This document shows, in pieces, positions 1 to 17,921 of a stretch of 64,000 nucleotides of DNA. Origin of the DNA: Eledone cirrhosa (Eukaryota); NCBI GenBank assembly GCA_964016885.1, contig OZ024743.1, forward strand, positions 319,548,001 through 319,612,000, in the 5' to 3' direction. The translations under genes were made by a program, and so were the position numbers. The stretch's first letter is position 1. Each line of letters starts with the position of its first letter. The notes under the pieces are model-generated. The model saw nothing but the letters and a program-made list of their open reading frames with translations. It made no database searches and was not told the DNA's origin.

Positions 1-702
1 CTATTGTCTGCGGTGCGCAGCTGAGGCACTGCTCAGACTGGGTTGTATTGTCTGTCCCCCACTTTTTGTCGTTGCTTTTTTTTTTTCTTCTTTACATTTC
101 TTTTCCCTCCCATTTCTGTTTCCTTTAATAGTGTGTGTTTGCCTTTATTAGATATTGCTCAATACTTTTTATATAATGTCAATGGTTTTCCATGATATAG
201 TGAAATTTCGTTACTCAGTGGATTAAATGTGATTCAACATTCACTTTTGTGTTCACAATAAAATCAATATTTATATATTCCTAATGTAAACTATATTTTT
301 TCACCGAGAAGAAAAAAATGTATGTATAAGTCATTTTGTCAAAAGAAGAAAACTTCAGCGAATGTTTAATACTCTGTATAGATAACCTTCGTTTATATCC
401 TAACTAATACACATACGTTACAATGTTTACAAATAACATTTACTTCTTAGTTTGTAAAACCTGATTTTAAATAATAATCTTTACTAGTAAACATAGAAAG
501 TTACAATATTTACAATAAATTATCTAGCGAAAGAACTAATTCCTCCTTTCTTTTTATCTTTTTGGTTCCTCTTTTGTTGAGCAAATCTGCCAGGAAAGGA
601 ACCAACATACACCTCAACTTTAAAAATGACAATGTAGTGATGTTTGAAAGAAATCTTCAAGTGATATGCATCATGTAGGAGCAATTATTATATTCTAATC
701 AA

Positions 703-1215
703 ATTGGCAGAATCATTAGTGTTTCGGACAAAAGTAAATCAATAATTATATTCTAAGTAAACCTGACAGATTGAGAGAATCATTAGTGTATCGGACAAAA
801 GTAAAGCAATAGGATTTATGGAATTTATTTACTGCCCTTTACGTTCTAGGTTGAAATCCCGCTGGAATGAGCTTCACCTTTCATCCTTACGGGGTCGATA
901 AATAAAGTACCAGTAACGTTCTGAGGATCGATTTCATTGACTTTCCCTTTCCTGCTGGCCTTCTGCCAAAAGCAGAAAACATTATTATATTCCATTTAAG
1001 TGTGGTAGATTGTCAGAATTATTAGTGTGTCGATCAAAATGTTTTACGGTATTTAGTTACGGGTCTTCACGTTCTGGGTTCAAATCTCACTAAGATTAAT
1101 TTTGCTTTTCATCCAAAGAGAATAAAGTACCAGCAACGTACTAGGGTCGACATAATCGTCTTTTCCTCCACCCCATCTCAAAGTGCCGGCCTTGTGCCTA
1201 AATTAGAAACCTCTA
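703..1215 (+). mobile_element. Cluster of tRNA-derived SINEs (one partial, two near-complete)
   Basis: A/B-box-like head (gttcaaatc), body ctttcatcc...gtcgataaataaagtaccag...tggccttgtgcc. Confidence 0.8.
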
Positions 1216-1309
1216 TTCTCTCCGCATTACTCAACCTATGTAAAATATTATTCCTTAAAAATATTACAAACAAAATCAAGGGAGAAAGAAAAATATAAAA
1301 TAAAAAATG

Positions 1310-1427
1310 TGATTTCGAGGTCAGTCCCACTGCTTGGAACCTTGCGCAAGTGTTTTCTATAACCTCAGAGTGACAAATGCATGTGAGTGAGATTTAGTAG
1401 ACGGAAACTGTGTGAAAGGCTGTCGTG

Positions 1428-1463
<36 letters not shown>

Positions 1464-1476
1464 GGGGGGGGTTATA

Positions 1477-1558
<82 letters not shown>

Positions 1559-1760
1559 TGTCTCTGTGTTTGTCTGTGTGTCTGTATTTATGTGTGTCTG
1601 TATTTATGTGTGTCTGTATCTCTGTTTACGTTTACTGTTTGTTTACTTAGTAGTTCGACAAAACGGGATCCATAAGATAGAAGCAGGCAACATGGAATAA
1701 GGTGATGCCCCAACATGACCGCAGTCAAATAACTAAAATCCAGTAGAAGAATAATAGAAT
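1310..1760 (+). mobile_element. SINE with internal (TA)/(TG) microsatellite
   Basis: ttgcgcaagtgttttctata...tagtagacggaaactg...gccccaacatgaccgcagtc. Confidence 0.65.
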
Positions 1761-1990
1761 ATAAGAATATGCATGACATTTTGTAAAATAACAATTTCTC
1801 TAGCATCCAGTAAACAAATTATTCTCCGCGTTGCCAGGACACAAAACATGTAATTTCTTTTCCTGGTGAACATGAAAAAGCAAAATGAACTATAGCCAAG
1901 AAGAGCATAGCAAAACAAACAAACAAACAAAAAAAAAATCTGCGAAAAAGAAAAATATATGTATATATACACACATATATATGTATATAT

Positions 1991-2022
<32 letters not shown>

Positions 2023-2129
2023 CGACAGTCGATCGACTTTCGTCAAATCGGACCGAGGAAACAATGTTTTCATTGGTCTTTCCAATTACTAATACACCCT
2101 ATCGATCGCAACTCCAGGTAGAAGAAGCA

Positions 2130-2242
2130 ACTCGAAATAAAGTTTCTTGCCCAAGGACATAACGCATTGCCCGGTCCGGGAATCGAACTCACAACCTCAC
2201 GATTGCGAACCTAATTCTCTAACCACTCAGCCACGCGCCTTC
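2130..2242 (-). mobile_element. tRNA-like SINE head
   Basis: ggcgcgtggctgagtggttaga...gttcgattcccgg...tccttgggcaag; same head as 44434. Confidence 0.75.
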
Positions 2243-2336
2243 ATATATATATATTGCGTGAAAAAAAAATACATACATACATACATACATACATACATAC
2301 ATACATACATACATACATACATACATACATACATAC

Positions 2337-2874
2337 AACTTCGGAAAACAAAATACTTCGAAAAACCAAATTAACAACAAACGAGGAAGAATATATTGAG
2401 ACAGATGACACTAAGGAATACTGGTGGAACCTGAAAATAAAAACTGCCACCAAATTAAAGCACAACCAGCCTGATATTGTTGTTTGGGACCACACATTGA
2501 AAACGTGTTCTGTTGTGGAGATCAGCTGCCCACTTGTGGTAAACGTTGTCAGAAAAATACAGGAGAAGGAGGACATTGATGAGGAGTTTACAAATCCAGT
2601 ATCCAAGATACACCTTTAGCTTCATACCCATCATTATTGGAGCTACGTTTTATATGCCAACCCGCTTGGACCAAAGTATGACTGAACTTGGATTTGCTGA
2701 CAAAGAGCGCAGCTCCCTAATTCAGAGTCTACAAATGGCTGCGATAGCTGGCACCTTCAACATTTGCAAAACATTCTTGCGATTCAAGGGATGACAATTT
2801 CTTTTCTTTTACAACCTTGCCACCAGGAAGGTGGCCGGTCAAAAAAATATACTCGGAATTAAGAGAAAGAGATA
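2337..2874 (+). mobile_element. 3' fragment of R4-like family B
   Basis: EYWWNLKIKTATKLKHNQPDIVVWD...VVEISCP; (CATA)n on both sides. Confidence 0.88.
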
Positions 2875-5692
<2,818 letters not shown>

Positions 5693-5852
5693 GGTAATAA
5701 TAATATATTTGAAGACTAAAACCCAAGGAGGGCTCGATAAGGATAAATATATATCAAATATATAAGAACCGTAGAGCAAATATTTATTAAAATAACAGAT
5801 TAAAGTTTAAGCAAAGAATTGCTTAAACTTTAATCTGTTATTTTAATACATA

Positions 5853-5929
<77 letters not shown>

Positions 5930-5932
<3 letters not shown>

Positions 5933-6156
5933 CGAAGGAAATGTGGTAAGGAACCAGGTGGACCATAACGCACCAAAGTACTCAATACTTGGGGTAGTAG
6001 AGTGGGTAATAGGAACCAGTAAGACCCCGACGGCTGAGCTCAAGCCGTTTCGACGGCTAATTCTGGACTAAATGAAAATTTATCGGATAAATTTTCATTT
6101 AGTCCAGAATTAGCCGTCTAGACGGCTTGAGCTCAGCCGTCGGGGTCTTACTGGTT

Positions 6157-6160
<4 letters not shown>
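5930..6160. mobile_element. Short palindromic PLE-type insertion (gaccccgacggc family)
   Basis: Arms about 6010-6084 and 6087-6160 plus left tail 5930-6009; relatives at 10496-10636, 12490-12682, 14835-14913, 35470-35588, 50449-50553. Confidence 0.7.
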
Positions 6161-6219
<59 letters not shown>

Positions 6220-6222
<3 letters not shown>

Positions 6223-6580
6223 AGGAAGTTATAGTTCACTTGAAGCATTGTGTAATGAGGTATAAACGTTTGTATATATATAATAAAGCCAAAAATATGC
6301 AAGTATGGACATAGAATAAAGAATGCAAATGCAAAAGATATTATTGACAATTAGTCTTTTACCTTAGATTTATTTAAGTATCCTTAATTTTCGAGATAAT
6401 ATCTCTTCTTCGGAGAAGAGATATTATCTCGAAAGAGATATTATCTCGAAAATTAAGGACACTTAAATAAACCTAAAGTAAATGACTAATCGCCAACAAT
6501 ATCTTTTGCAGTTGCATTCTTTATTCCATGTCCATACCTGCATTGTTTTGGCTTTATTATACATATACCAACGTTTATAA
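6220..6580. mobile_element. Short palindromic PLE-type insertion, diverged arms
   Basis: Inverted arms around 6410-6435; left tail contains atgcttcaagtgaac; degenerate hammerhead CCGAAGA...GAAA. Confidence 0.7.
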
Positions 6581-6588
6581 GTAAATAA

Positions 6589-9540
<2,952 letters not shown>

Positions 9541-9541
9541 G

Positions 9542-9597
<56 letters not shown>

Positions 9598-9604
<7 letters not shown>

Positions 9605-10213
9605 ATACTTTGGGAGGGTCATGTTGCCAATAAGAAACACACGCACCAGTTGCTTTCACTTCAATTTATTATATATTTATAAATTTATAAATTTACAAAT
9701 TTACAAATTTACAAACTTATAAATTTCTGGTTGGTTGGTTGGTTCCACAACCAGATAGTTGTTTATATATATAGTCATAGTCCTTTCGTCACACACTCTG
9801 TGACCTCTTCAGTGACTGGGGATTCCTTTCTTCGTTTCTGTGCCTTTCCTTTCTTCTATCCCACGCCATTTTGTTTCTGAAACAAAATGGCGTAGGATAG
9901 AAGAAAGGAAAGGCACAGAAACGAAGAAAGGAATCCCCAGTCACTGAAGAGGTCACAGAGTGTGTGACGAAAGGACTATGACTATATATATAAACAACTA
10001 TCTGGTTGTGGAACCAACCAACCAACCAGAAATTTATAAGTTTGTAAATTTGTAAATTTGTAAATTTATAAATTTATAAATATATAATAAATTGAAGTGA
10101 AAGCAACTGGTGCGTGTGTTTCTTATTGGCAACATGACCCTCCCAAAGTATAACAATATCGGTTTCAATACACGATTTCAGATAAAGAATCTTGCTAAAC
10201 AAATTCAGAAACG

Positions 10214-10216
<3 letters not shown>
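9598..10216. mobile_element. Palindromic PLE insertion (family of 54898)
   Basis: Near-perfect arms 9598-9877 and 9879-10158; tail 10159-10216; hammerhead in each arm. Confidence 0.85.
9939..9983 (+). ncRNA. Hammerhead ribozyme (relatives at about 9773-9817 -, 55110-55155 -, 56681-56725 +)
   Basis: agtca CTGAAGA g gtcac-agagtgt-gtgac GAAA ggac TA tgact. Confidence 0.72.
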
Positions 10217-10304
<88 letters not shown>

Positions 10305-10323
10305 CATATATATATTGCGTGAA

Positions 10324-10397
<74 letters not shown>

Positions 10398-10411
10398 TAG
10401 ATAGATAGATA

Positions 10412-10442
<31 letters not shown>

Positions 10443-10864
10443 GAAATAATAATAAATTTGAAGACTAAAATCCAAAGATAATATATATATATATATAACA
10501 AAGGAATTGTGGTAAGGAACCAGATGGACCATAACACACCAGAGTACTTAATACTGAGGGTAGTAGAGTGGGAAATAGGAAAAAGTATGACCCCGACGGC
10601 AAAACTCAAGCCGTTTTGACGGCTATTTCTGGACTATACATATATATACTCGCAAATACTATTCAATCAGTCTCTGTAGTTCATGAGAAAATAGGATCAG
10701 TGTGGGTGTATACATATGAAGGTCATCTGCTCCATACAAAGCTTGACCACTTCTTGCATTTTATGTCTGTTCCGTCCCCGCATGGGATCTCAAATGGCTT
10801 TTGAGTCCTGAAAGCGCATGAAACATCTGTATAAAAATAATAAGTAATATAATGAGGTCTCATA

Positions 10865-10926
<62 letters not shown>

Positions 10927-10929
<3 letters not shown>

Positions 10930-11322
10930 CTTAGCCTTTGTCAAGGCAGAATTCTAGGAGTAGGAAAACTCTGATATAACACCTGCAACCCTGATGGTAT
11001 CCAATGATGTTGACTTGTTCTTCTTTTTGGTAAATATCATCTTGGTTAAGAGAGTGGGACTGGCTTTGTGCAGTGCCTTTGCTCACTATAAAAGCTTCAC
11101 GGCACAGGCATTGCTTTGTATCTGGAGATCTCTCTGCACTTGTCGTCACATGGTACCATGGGCCCAGCACTATGTGTCAATAATTGTCACAAGTGTAGTG
11201 TTTGTACCAGAGTTTTCAAGTGGTTGGCTGGATTAAAAAGTCACACTCGTTCGGCGCATCGGTAGGGGTTCTCCTACATGGATATAAAGTAGTGGCCGTA
11301 CTCGAAAACGAGTTGGCAGCCA

Positions 11323-11325
<3 letters not shown>
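10927..11325 (+). mobile_element. Non-autonomous RTE derivative family B, 5'-truncated
   Basis: High identity to 20795-21195. Confidence 0.8.
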
Positions 11326-11412
<87 letters not shown>

Positions 11413-11414
<2 letters not shown>

Positions 11415-11894
11415 CAGGTCTCTCACGAGTGCTACTGGTAACATTTAACCCAGTACAGCCTGACTCCTAGTCAGGGCGTCGGCGACTATACCGCAACCCC
11501 ACCAAGCTGGATGAAATACAAGACCCGTCAAAGGAAGGAGAAATCGTCAGAGTCAAAGGCCATCCAAATAGTACTTTTTTTTACTTGGGAGTGAAAGGCC
11601 CCCAGTTGCTGTCACAACACCTTTTTAAGATAGGGAAACTCTTAAAAAAAACCTGCAGCTTCGGAAGCATCCGATGATGTCGACCAGTTCTCCTTTTTGG
11701 GTAGTGCTTTCGATGCTCAGAGAGTGGGTCTGGTCGACTACAAGGCCTTTCCCCACTTACAGAACCTTCAAAGCACAGGCATTGCTTGTTCATGATCTGA
11801 TACACGGTCATGTTGCTGGCCGTAGGCTAAAAGTGCACCGTTTTCTTTAATCTGACAAGAGATTGCAATACTCTTAGCAGAGTTTGCAGCCATC
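11413..11894 (+). mobile_element. Non-autonomous RTE derivative (family A)
   Basis: 5' gtgctactggtaacat...cccagtaca...gcaaccccaccaag shared with family B; 3' gagtttgcagccatca. Confidence 0.7.
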
Positions 11895-12009
11895 AAATAT
11901 ATGTGTATATAAGCCATTAGCAGAGAAGGATGGACAGAGAAATTCACTTTCTTCTCTGAATGAAAATGTAAGTGAAAATTAATTTTTCTTGCTCTCTCTA
12001 TTTTATTAT

Positions 12010-12200
12010 TATTGGCTGTATCGGAAGAGGGTCGGACGCCGTGCTCTGACGCATAGAGTTACGGCCCTTGCCATTCTAAGTTAAAATCCCTCCGAGGATA
12101 AGTTTGCCTTTCATCCTTACGGTGTCGATAAAATAAAGTACCAGTAATGCACTGGGTAATTGCTGGCCTTGTGCCAAATGTAGAAACAATTATTATTATT
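12010..12200 (+). mobile_element. tRNA-derived SINE; further copies at 12947-13135 (+), 22221-22370 (+), 32402-32572 (-), 43220-43370 (-), 43410-43632 (+), 44852-45045 (-)
   Basis: Shared atcggtagagggtcggacgcc / ctttcatccttacgggg / taaaataaagtaccag blocks. Confidence 0.82.
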
Positions 12201-12406
12201 ATCACTATTTGTACAAATATGCAACTTAACAATACTCTGCATATCCGCAATTGACAATGCATTTAATGCTGAAACCGGTATTGTAAATAAATTAATGTTT
12301 TGATATTTCACCGAAAAAATCTCTTCAGCATTTTCTACTGAAAAAATCTTTTTCCTTTCTACTATTTGTTTTTATATATATCAACCCGTATGTTACCTTA
12401 CTACAT

Positions 12407-12489
<83 letters not shown>

Positions 12490-12491
<2 letters not shown>

Positions 12492-12678
12492 CAAGGGAAT
12501 TGTGGTAAGGAACCAGATGGACCATAACGCACCAGAGTACTCAAAACTTAGGGTAGTAGAGTGGGAAATAGGAAAAGGTATGACCCCGACGGCAGAGCTC
12601 AAGCCGTTTCGACGGCTATTTCAGTCCAGAAATAGCGGTCGAAACGGCTTGAGCTCTGCCGTCGGGGTCATATATTTT

Positions 12679-12682
<4 letters not shown>
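12490..12682. mobile_element. Short palindromic PLE-type insertion (gaccccgacggc family)
   Basis: Tail 12490-12567, arms about 12568-12622 and 12629-12682. Confidence 0.7.
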
Positions 12683-12744
<62 letters not shown>

Positions 12745-12749
<5 letters not shown>

Positions 12750-12945
12750 CTTTATGAATAACAATCAAAGAGTGTTTAAAACATTTAATCGCTTACGATG
12801 CTAGGATGAAACAATGGTAAGTGATTAAATGTTTTAAACACTCTTTGATTGTTACTTATAAAGTATTACAGCTCTGTAATATACTTGTTATTTTACATTG
12901 AGCTATTCTCAGACTTGTAATTGGATAATATTTAATATTACACCC
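12745..12945. mobile_element. Short palindromic PLE-type insertion
   Basis: Arms about 12745-12797 and 12817-12868; right tail homologous to 36140-36215 (ttacattgagcta). Confidence 0.65.
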
Positions 12946-13152
12946 ACGGTGGATTGGCAGTATCGGTAGAGGGTCGGACGCCATGCTTTGATGCATTGAG
13001 TTACGGCCCTTTATGGTCTGAGTTTAAATCCTGCCGAGGTTACCTTTGTTTCATCCTTACGGGGTCTATAAAATAAAGTACCAGTAATACACTGGGTAAT
13101 TGCTGGCCTTGTGCTAAACAAGTAGAAACAATTATATATATATATAGAAAGT

Positions 13153-13186
<34 letters not shown>

Positions 13187-13216
13187 TACATAGATAGATA
13201 CAATTATATATATTTA

Positions 13217-13273
<57 letters not shown>

Positions 13274-13276
<3 letters not shown>

Positions 13277-13448
13277 TTGTTATACTTTGGGAGGGTCATG
13301 TTTCCAATATATAATTAATAAATTGAAGTGAAAGCAACTGGTGCGTGTGTTTCTTATTGGCAACATGACCCTCCCAAAGTATAACAATATCGGTTTCAAC
13401 ACACGATTTCAGATAAAGAATATTGCTAAACAAATTCAGAAACGAAAT
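13274..13448. mobile_element. Minimal head-to-head PLE insertion (family of 9598/54898)
   Basis: About 28-nt short arm tattgttatactttgggagggtcatgtt followed by a long arm ending ...cagaaacgaaa. Confidence 0.78.
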
Positions 13449-13508
13449 ATATACATATACATATACACATATATAGATATATATATACGCACTCAGATAC
13501 ACTCCACT

Positions 13509-13760
<252 letters not shown>

Positions 13761-13774
13761 ATATATATATTTAA

Positions 13775-14470
13775 TTGATGCTAAATGGAAACCATTCAAT
13801 GTGGGTGTCGCGTCTCTGTCAAGGGTGTGTACTCTCACCTCTTCTGTTCATTATTTACACGAACAGGATTGACATGTGCAGCCGGGCTGGAAGTGGTATC
13901 ATGACAGGCGGGTGTAAAATTAGTCGGCTGGAATTTGCAGACGACATGGTGTTACTTAACACGACAGAAGGTAATCTCCGACTGTAACTCGATTGGTTTA
14001 TTGCCGAGTGTTGCTTGGCTTGAATGAAAATCAGTGCTGTGAAAATTGAGACACGTCCTCTCAAGGAAGCCTGCGCAGTGCTCTCTACATCTAAATGAAG
14101 TTCCACTGAAGCAAGTAGAGAAGTTCAAGTACCTCCGGGCCGTTCTCACGAGTGATGGCAGGCAAGAGGCTTAAGTGCAAGAATTGCAGGTGCTGTGGCA
14201 GTAATTCACCAGCTTCAGCAGTCAATGATCAGAAGAAGAGAGGTAGGCATGAAGGCCAAACTCGTTACCTATGGTCATGAATCTTGGGTAATGACCAAAA
14301 GAATACTATCGCGAATGCATGCGGCCAAAATGGGGTTCCTTCGAGTATGGCATGAGTATGGCTAGTCACACTTGGGGTTCGAGCCGGTTTCTTCTGACAG
14401 GATCCGCTGGGAGGAGTGTTTGAAGACTGCCATCATGAACCTTTTTGTAATATGTGGGCGAAGAAGAAGA
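13775..14470 (+). mobile_element. Decayed RTE-type LINE fragment
   Basis: QGCVLSPLLFIIY, FADD, VEKFKYL, YGHESW; (GAA)n-like end. Confidence 0.8.
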
Positions 14471-14681
14471 AATTTGCTAAGGTAAGATTCTTTTGTTATC
14501 TTGGCGATTAAATGTTCATTCTAACGTATTGTTTGGTTTTCAAAATTTCTTAAATTCGTGTTTCCTATTCAACAATGTCTCAAGCAATCTACATAACTCT
14601 GTTATCCCCCACTCTCAAGAGAGTGAAACTAATAAACCTTTGTTCGTACTGCCTCTCTGTTTTGTTCCCGTTCAATTTTTT

Positions 14682-14729
<48 letters not shown>

Positions 14730-14910
14730 CAACGAAACGACACAAAGGGTACAAAAAGTCTTATTACTTTCACGCTTTCTATGGAAAAAGGGAAAAAAAC
14801 TTCGACGTGTAAAGATATATATATATATATATATAGGAACAAGTATGACCCCGACGGCAGAGCTCAAGCCGTTTCGACGGTAATTCTGGTTGCTTATCAC
14901 ATTTCCTTCG

Positions 14911-14974
<64 letters not shown>

Positions 14975-15097
14975 GTACATTTTCGAATATTAATAATAAT
15001 AGTCGATCCGTTTGCAATTATGCAAACAGCCTGTTTAAAGCCATGTCAGTAGAATGACTCCATCATTCTTGCTCTTGTGTTGGCATGTAAATAGAAC

Positions 15098-15140
15098 TGC
15101 AGACAAAAATGTTTCTGGGTGATTACCCTTCATCAGTACA
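15098..15140 (-). ncRNA. Hammerhead ribozyme
   Basis: tgta CTGATGA a gggt-aatc-accc a GAAA catttttg TC tgca. Confidence 0.75.
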
Positions 15141-15241
15141 GTATACTGCTTACCTGCCAACTGTCAGAGCTAGTGAAAATATATATAATATATACATTGT
15201 ATTCAGCCATGTAGAGCGATAAACTATTTGTTACACACACT

Positions 15242-15272
<31 letters not shown>

Positions 15273-15383
15273 GTGTGTGTGGGGGTGGGGTGGGGGTGGG
15301 GTGGGGGTGGAGTACATATTAATACACACAAACACACAAATATAGATATAGGATTATGTTTATATAAATATGTTTGTGTATCT

Positions 15384-15423
<40 letters not shown>

Positions 15424-15499
15424 GTACACACACACATACACACATATGTGTGTGTGTATGGGGGGTATATATTAATACACACACACACAAATATATATA

Positions 15500-15543
15500 G
15501 GGTTATGTTTATATAAATACATATATATATATACGTACACACA

Positions 15544-15585
<42 letters not shown>

Positions 15586-15644
15586 TATATATATACATAT
15601 ATAAAATACTTTATAAATGCTATATAAATACATATATATATATA

Positions 15645-15706
<62 letters not shown>

Positions 15707-15765
15707 CATATATAAAATACTTTATAAATGCTATATAAATACATATATATATATACGTACACACA

Positions 15766-15829
<64 letters not shown>

Positions 15830-15878
15830 CATATATAAAATACTTTATAAATGCTATATAAATACATATATATATATA

Positions 15879-15936
<58 letters not shown>

Positions 15937-15970
15937 CATATATAAAATACTTTATAAATGCTATACAAAT
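15500..15970. repeat. Compound minisatellite, about 120-bp unit x4
   Basis: Repeated ataaaatactttataaatgctata + (TA)n + cgt(AC)n. Confidence 0.9.
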
Positions 15971-16216
15971 ACTATTCAGTAAGAGTGGTGAGAGTAGTTG
16001 AGACAAGACAGCTGGGAGATGAAAAGTGACGCCATAGCTGAACGTCAACAGCATATCTCACTGATCGGCTAATATCGACCAAGAAGAGAAAAGTAATATT
16101 CATGATGGGATCAGCCATGACGATGATGTCTACCTGATGCAATTTCGTTACTATAGAAACATTTACACTAAAGATCAGCATCAATTGAACCGTAACCAGG
16201 AGTTATTTAGAAACCA

Positions 16217-16223
<7 letters not shown>

Positions 16224-16247
<24 letters not shown>

Positions 16248-16296
16248 TAGGGGGAAAGAAAGAGAGAGAGAAGGGGAGAGAAAAAGGGACATAGAG

Positions 16297-16362
<66 letters not shown>

Positions 16363-16391
16363 GAACAGAGGGGGGCGGGGACAGATAAAGG

Positions 16392-16450
<59 letters not shown>

Positions 16451-16683
16451 TAGGAGGAGAGAAAGAGAGAGAGAAGGGGAGAGAAAGAGGGACATAGAGG
16501 AGGAGAGAGAGAGAGAGAAAGAGGAACAGAGGGGGGCGGGGACAGATAAAGAGAGGGAGAGAGAGAGAGAGGGAGAGAGTAGGGGGAAAGAAGGAGAGAG
16601 AGAAGGGGAGAGAAAGAGGGACATAGAGGAGGAGAGAGAGAGAGAGAGAAAGAGGAACAGAGGGGGGCGGGGACAGATAAAGA

Positions 16684-16755
<72 letters not shown>

Positions 16756-16862
16756 GGGCAGAGAAAGAGAGAGAGAAGGGGAGAGAAAGAGGGACATAGA
16801 GGAGGAGAGAGAGAGAGAGAGAGAGAGAAAGAGGAACAGAGGGGGGCGGGGACAGATAAAGA

Positions 16863-16898
<36 letters not shown>

Positions 16899-17393
16899 GG
16901 GGAGAGAAAGAGAGAGAGAAGGGGAGAGAAAGAGGGACATAGAGGAGGAGAGAGAGAGAGAGAGAGAGAGAAAGAGGAACAGAGGGGGGCGGGGACAGAT
17001 AAAGAGAGGGAGAGAGAGAGAGAGAGAGAGAGTAGGGGGAGAGAAAGAGAGAGAGAAGGGGAGAGAAAGAGGGACATAGAGGAGGAGAGAGAGAGAGAGA
17101 GAGAGAGAAAGAGGAACAGAGGGGGCGGGGACAGATAAAGAGAGGGAGAGAGAGAGAGAGAGAGTAGGGGGAGAGAAAGAGAGAGAGAAGGGGAGAGAAA
17201 GAGGGACATAGAGGAGGAGAGAGAGAGAGAAAGAGGAACAGAGGGGGGCGGGGACAGATAAAGAGAGGGAGAGAGAAAGAGAGAGAGAGAGAGTAGGGGG
17301 AGAGAAAGAGAGAGAGAAGGGGAGAGAAAGAGGGACATAGAGGAGGAGAGAGAGAGAGAAAGAGGAACAGAGGGGGGCGGGGACAGATAAAGC

Positions 17394-17440
<47 letters not shown>
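16224..17440. repeat. Polypurine minisatellite, 8 units with variable (GA)n spacers
   Basis: Repeated gtagggggagagaaag...gggacatagaggagg...gaggaacagaggggggcggggacagataaag. Confidence 0.93.
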
Positions 17441-17502
17441 TTTGTGTGTTTGTGAAAGAAAAAGAAAGGAGGAGAGGGGATGGTGTGTGAGAGCAGAAGA
17501 GG

Positions 17503-17559
<57 letters not shown>

Positions 17560-17921
17560 AAGGGAGCGGGGAGAAATCAGTGTCAAATACATTCTGTTGA
17601 CTGGCATCTGTAAAATGATAGCTTATAGGTATGTTACATAATTACAAGGACTCCTTGATAGACCAACATTTTATTGGAAAATAGTTGATAAGTATGTTGT
17701 TGTTGTTGTTGTTGTTTGTGGTGGTTCTTCGTTGGTTAAAACGTGGAGTGTCCCAGTTGTTTGGAAAATAATTATTAGGTATGTTAATGTTGTTGTTGTT
17801 GTTTTTTTTTGTTTTTCTTCTGGTGGTGGTTCTCCGTCGGTTACGACGAGGAATGTCCCAGTTGTTTGGAAAATAATTATAAATAAATAAATATATATAT
17901 ATATTATATATATATATATAT

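Noticed and set aside
2160-2242. Functional tRNA genes here and at 23163, 44434 and 57250
   Set aside because: Imperfect cloverleafs that mostly continue into SINE bodies
16203-17607. 245-466 aa Ser/Leu/Pro-rich ORFs
   Set aside because: Translation of the polypurine minisatellite
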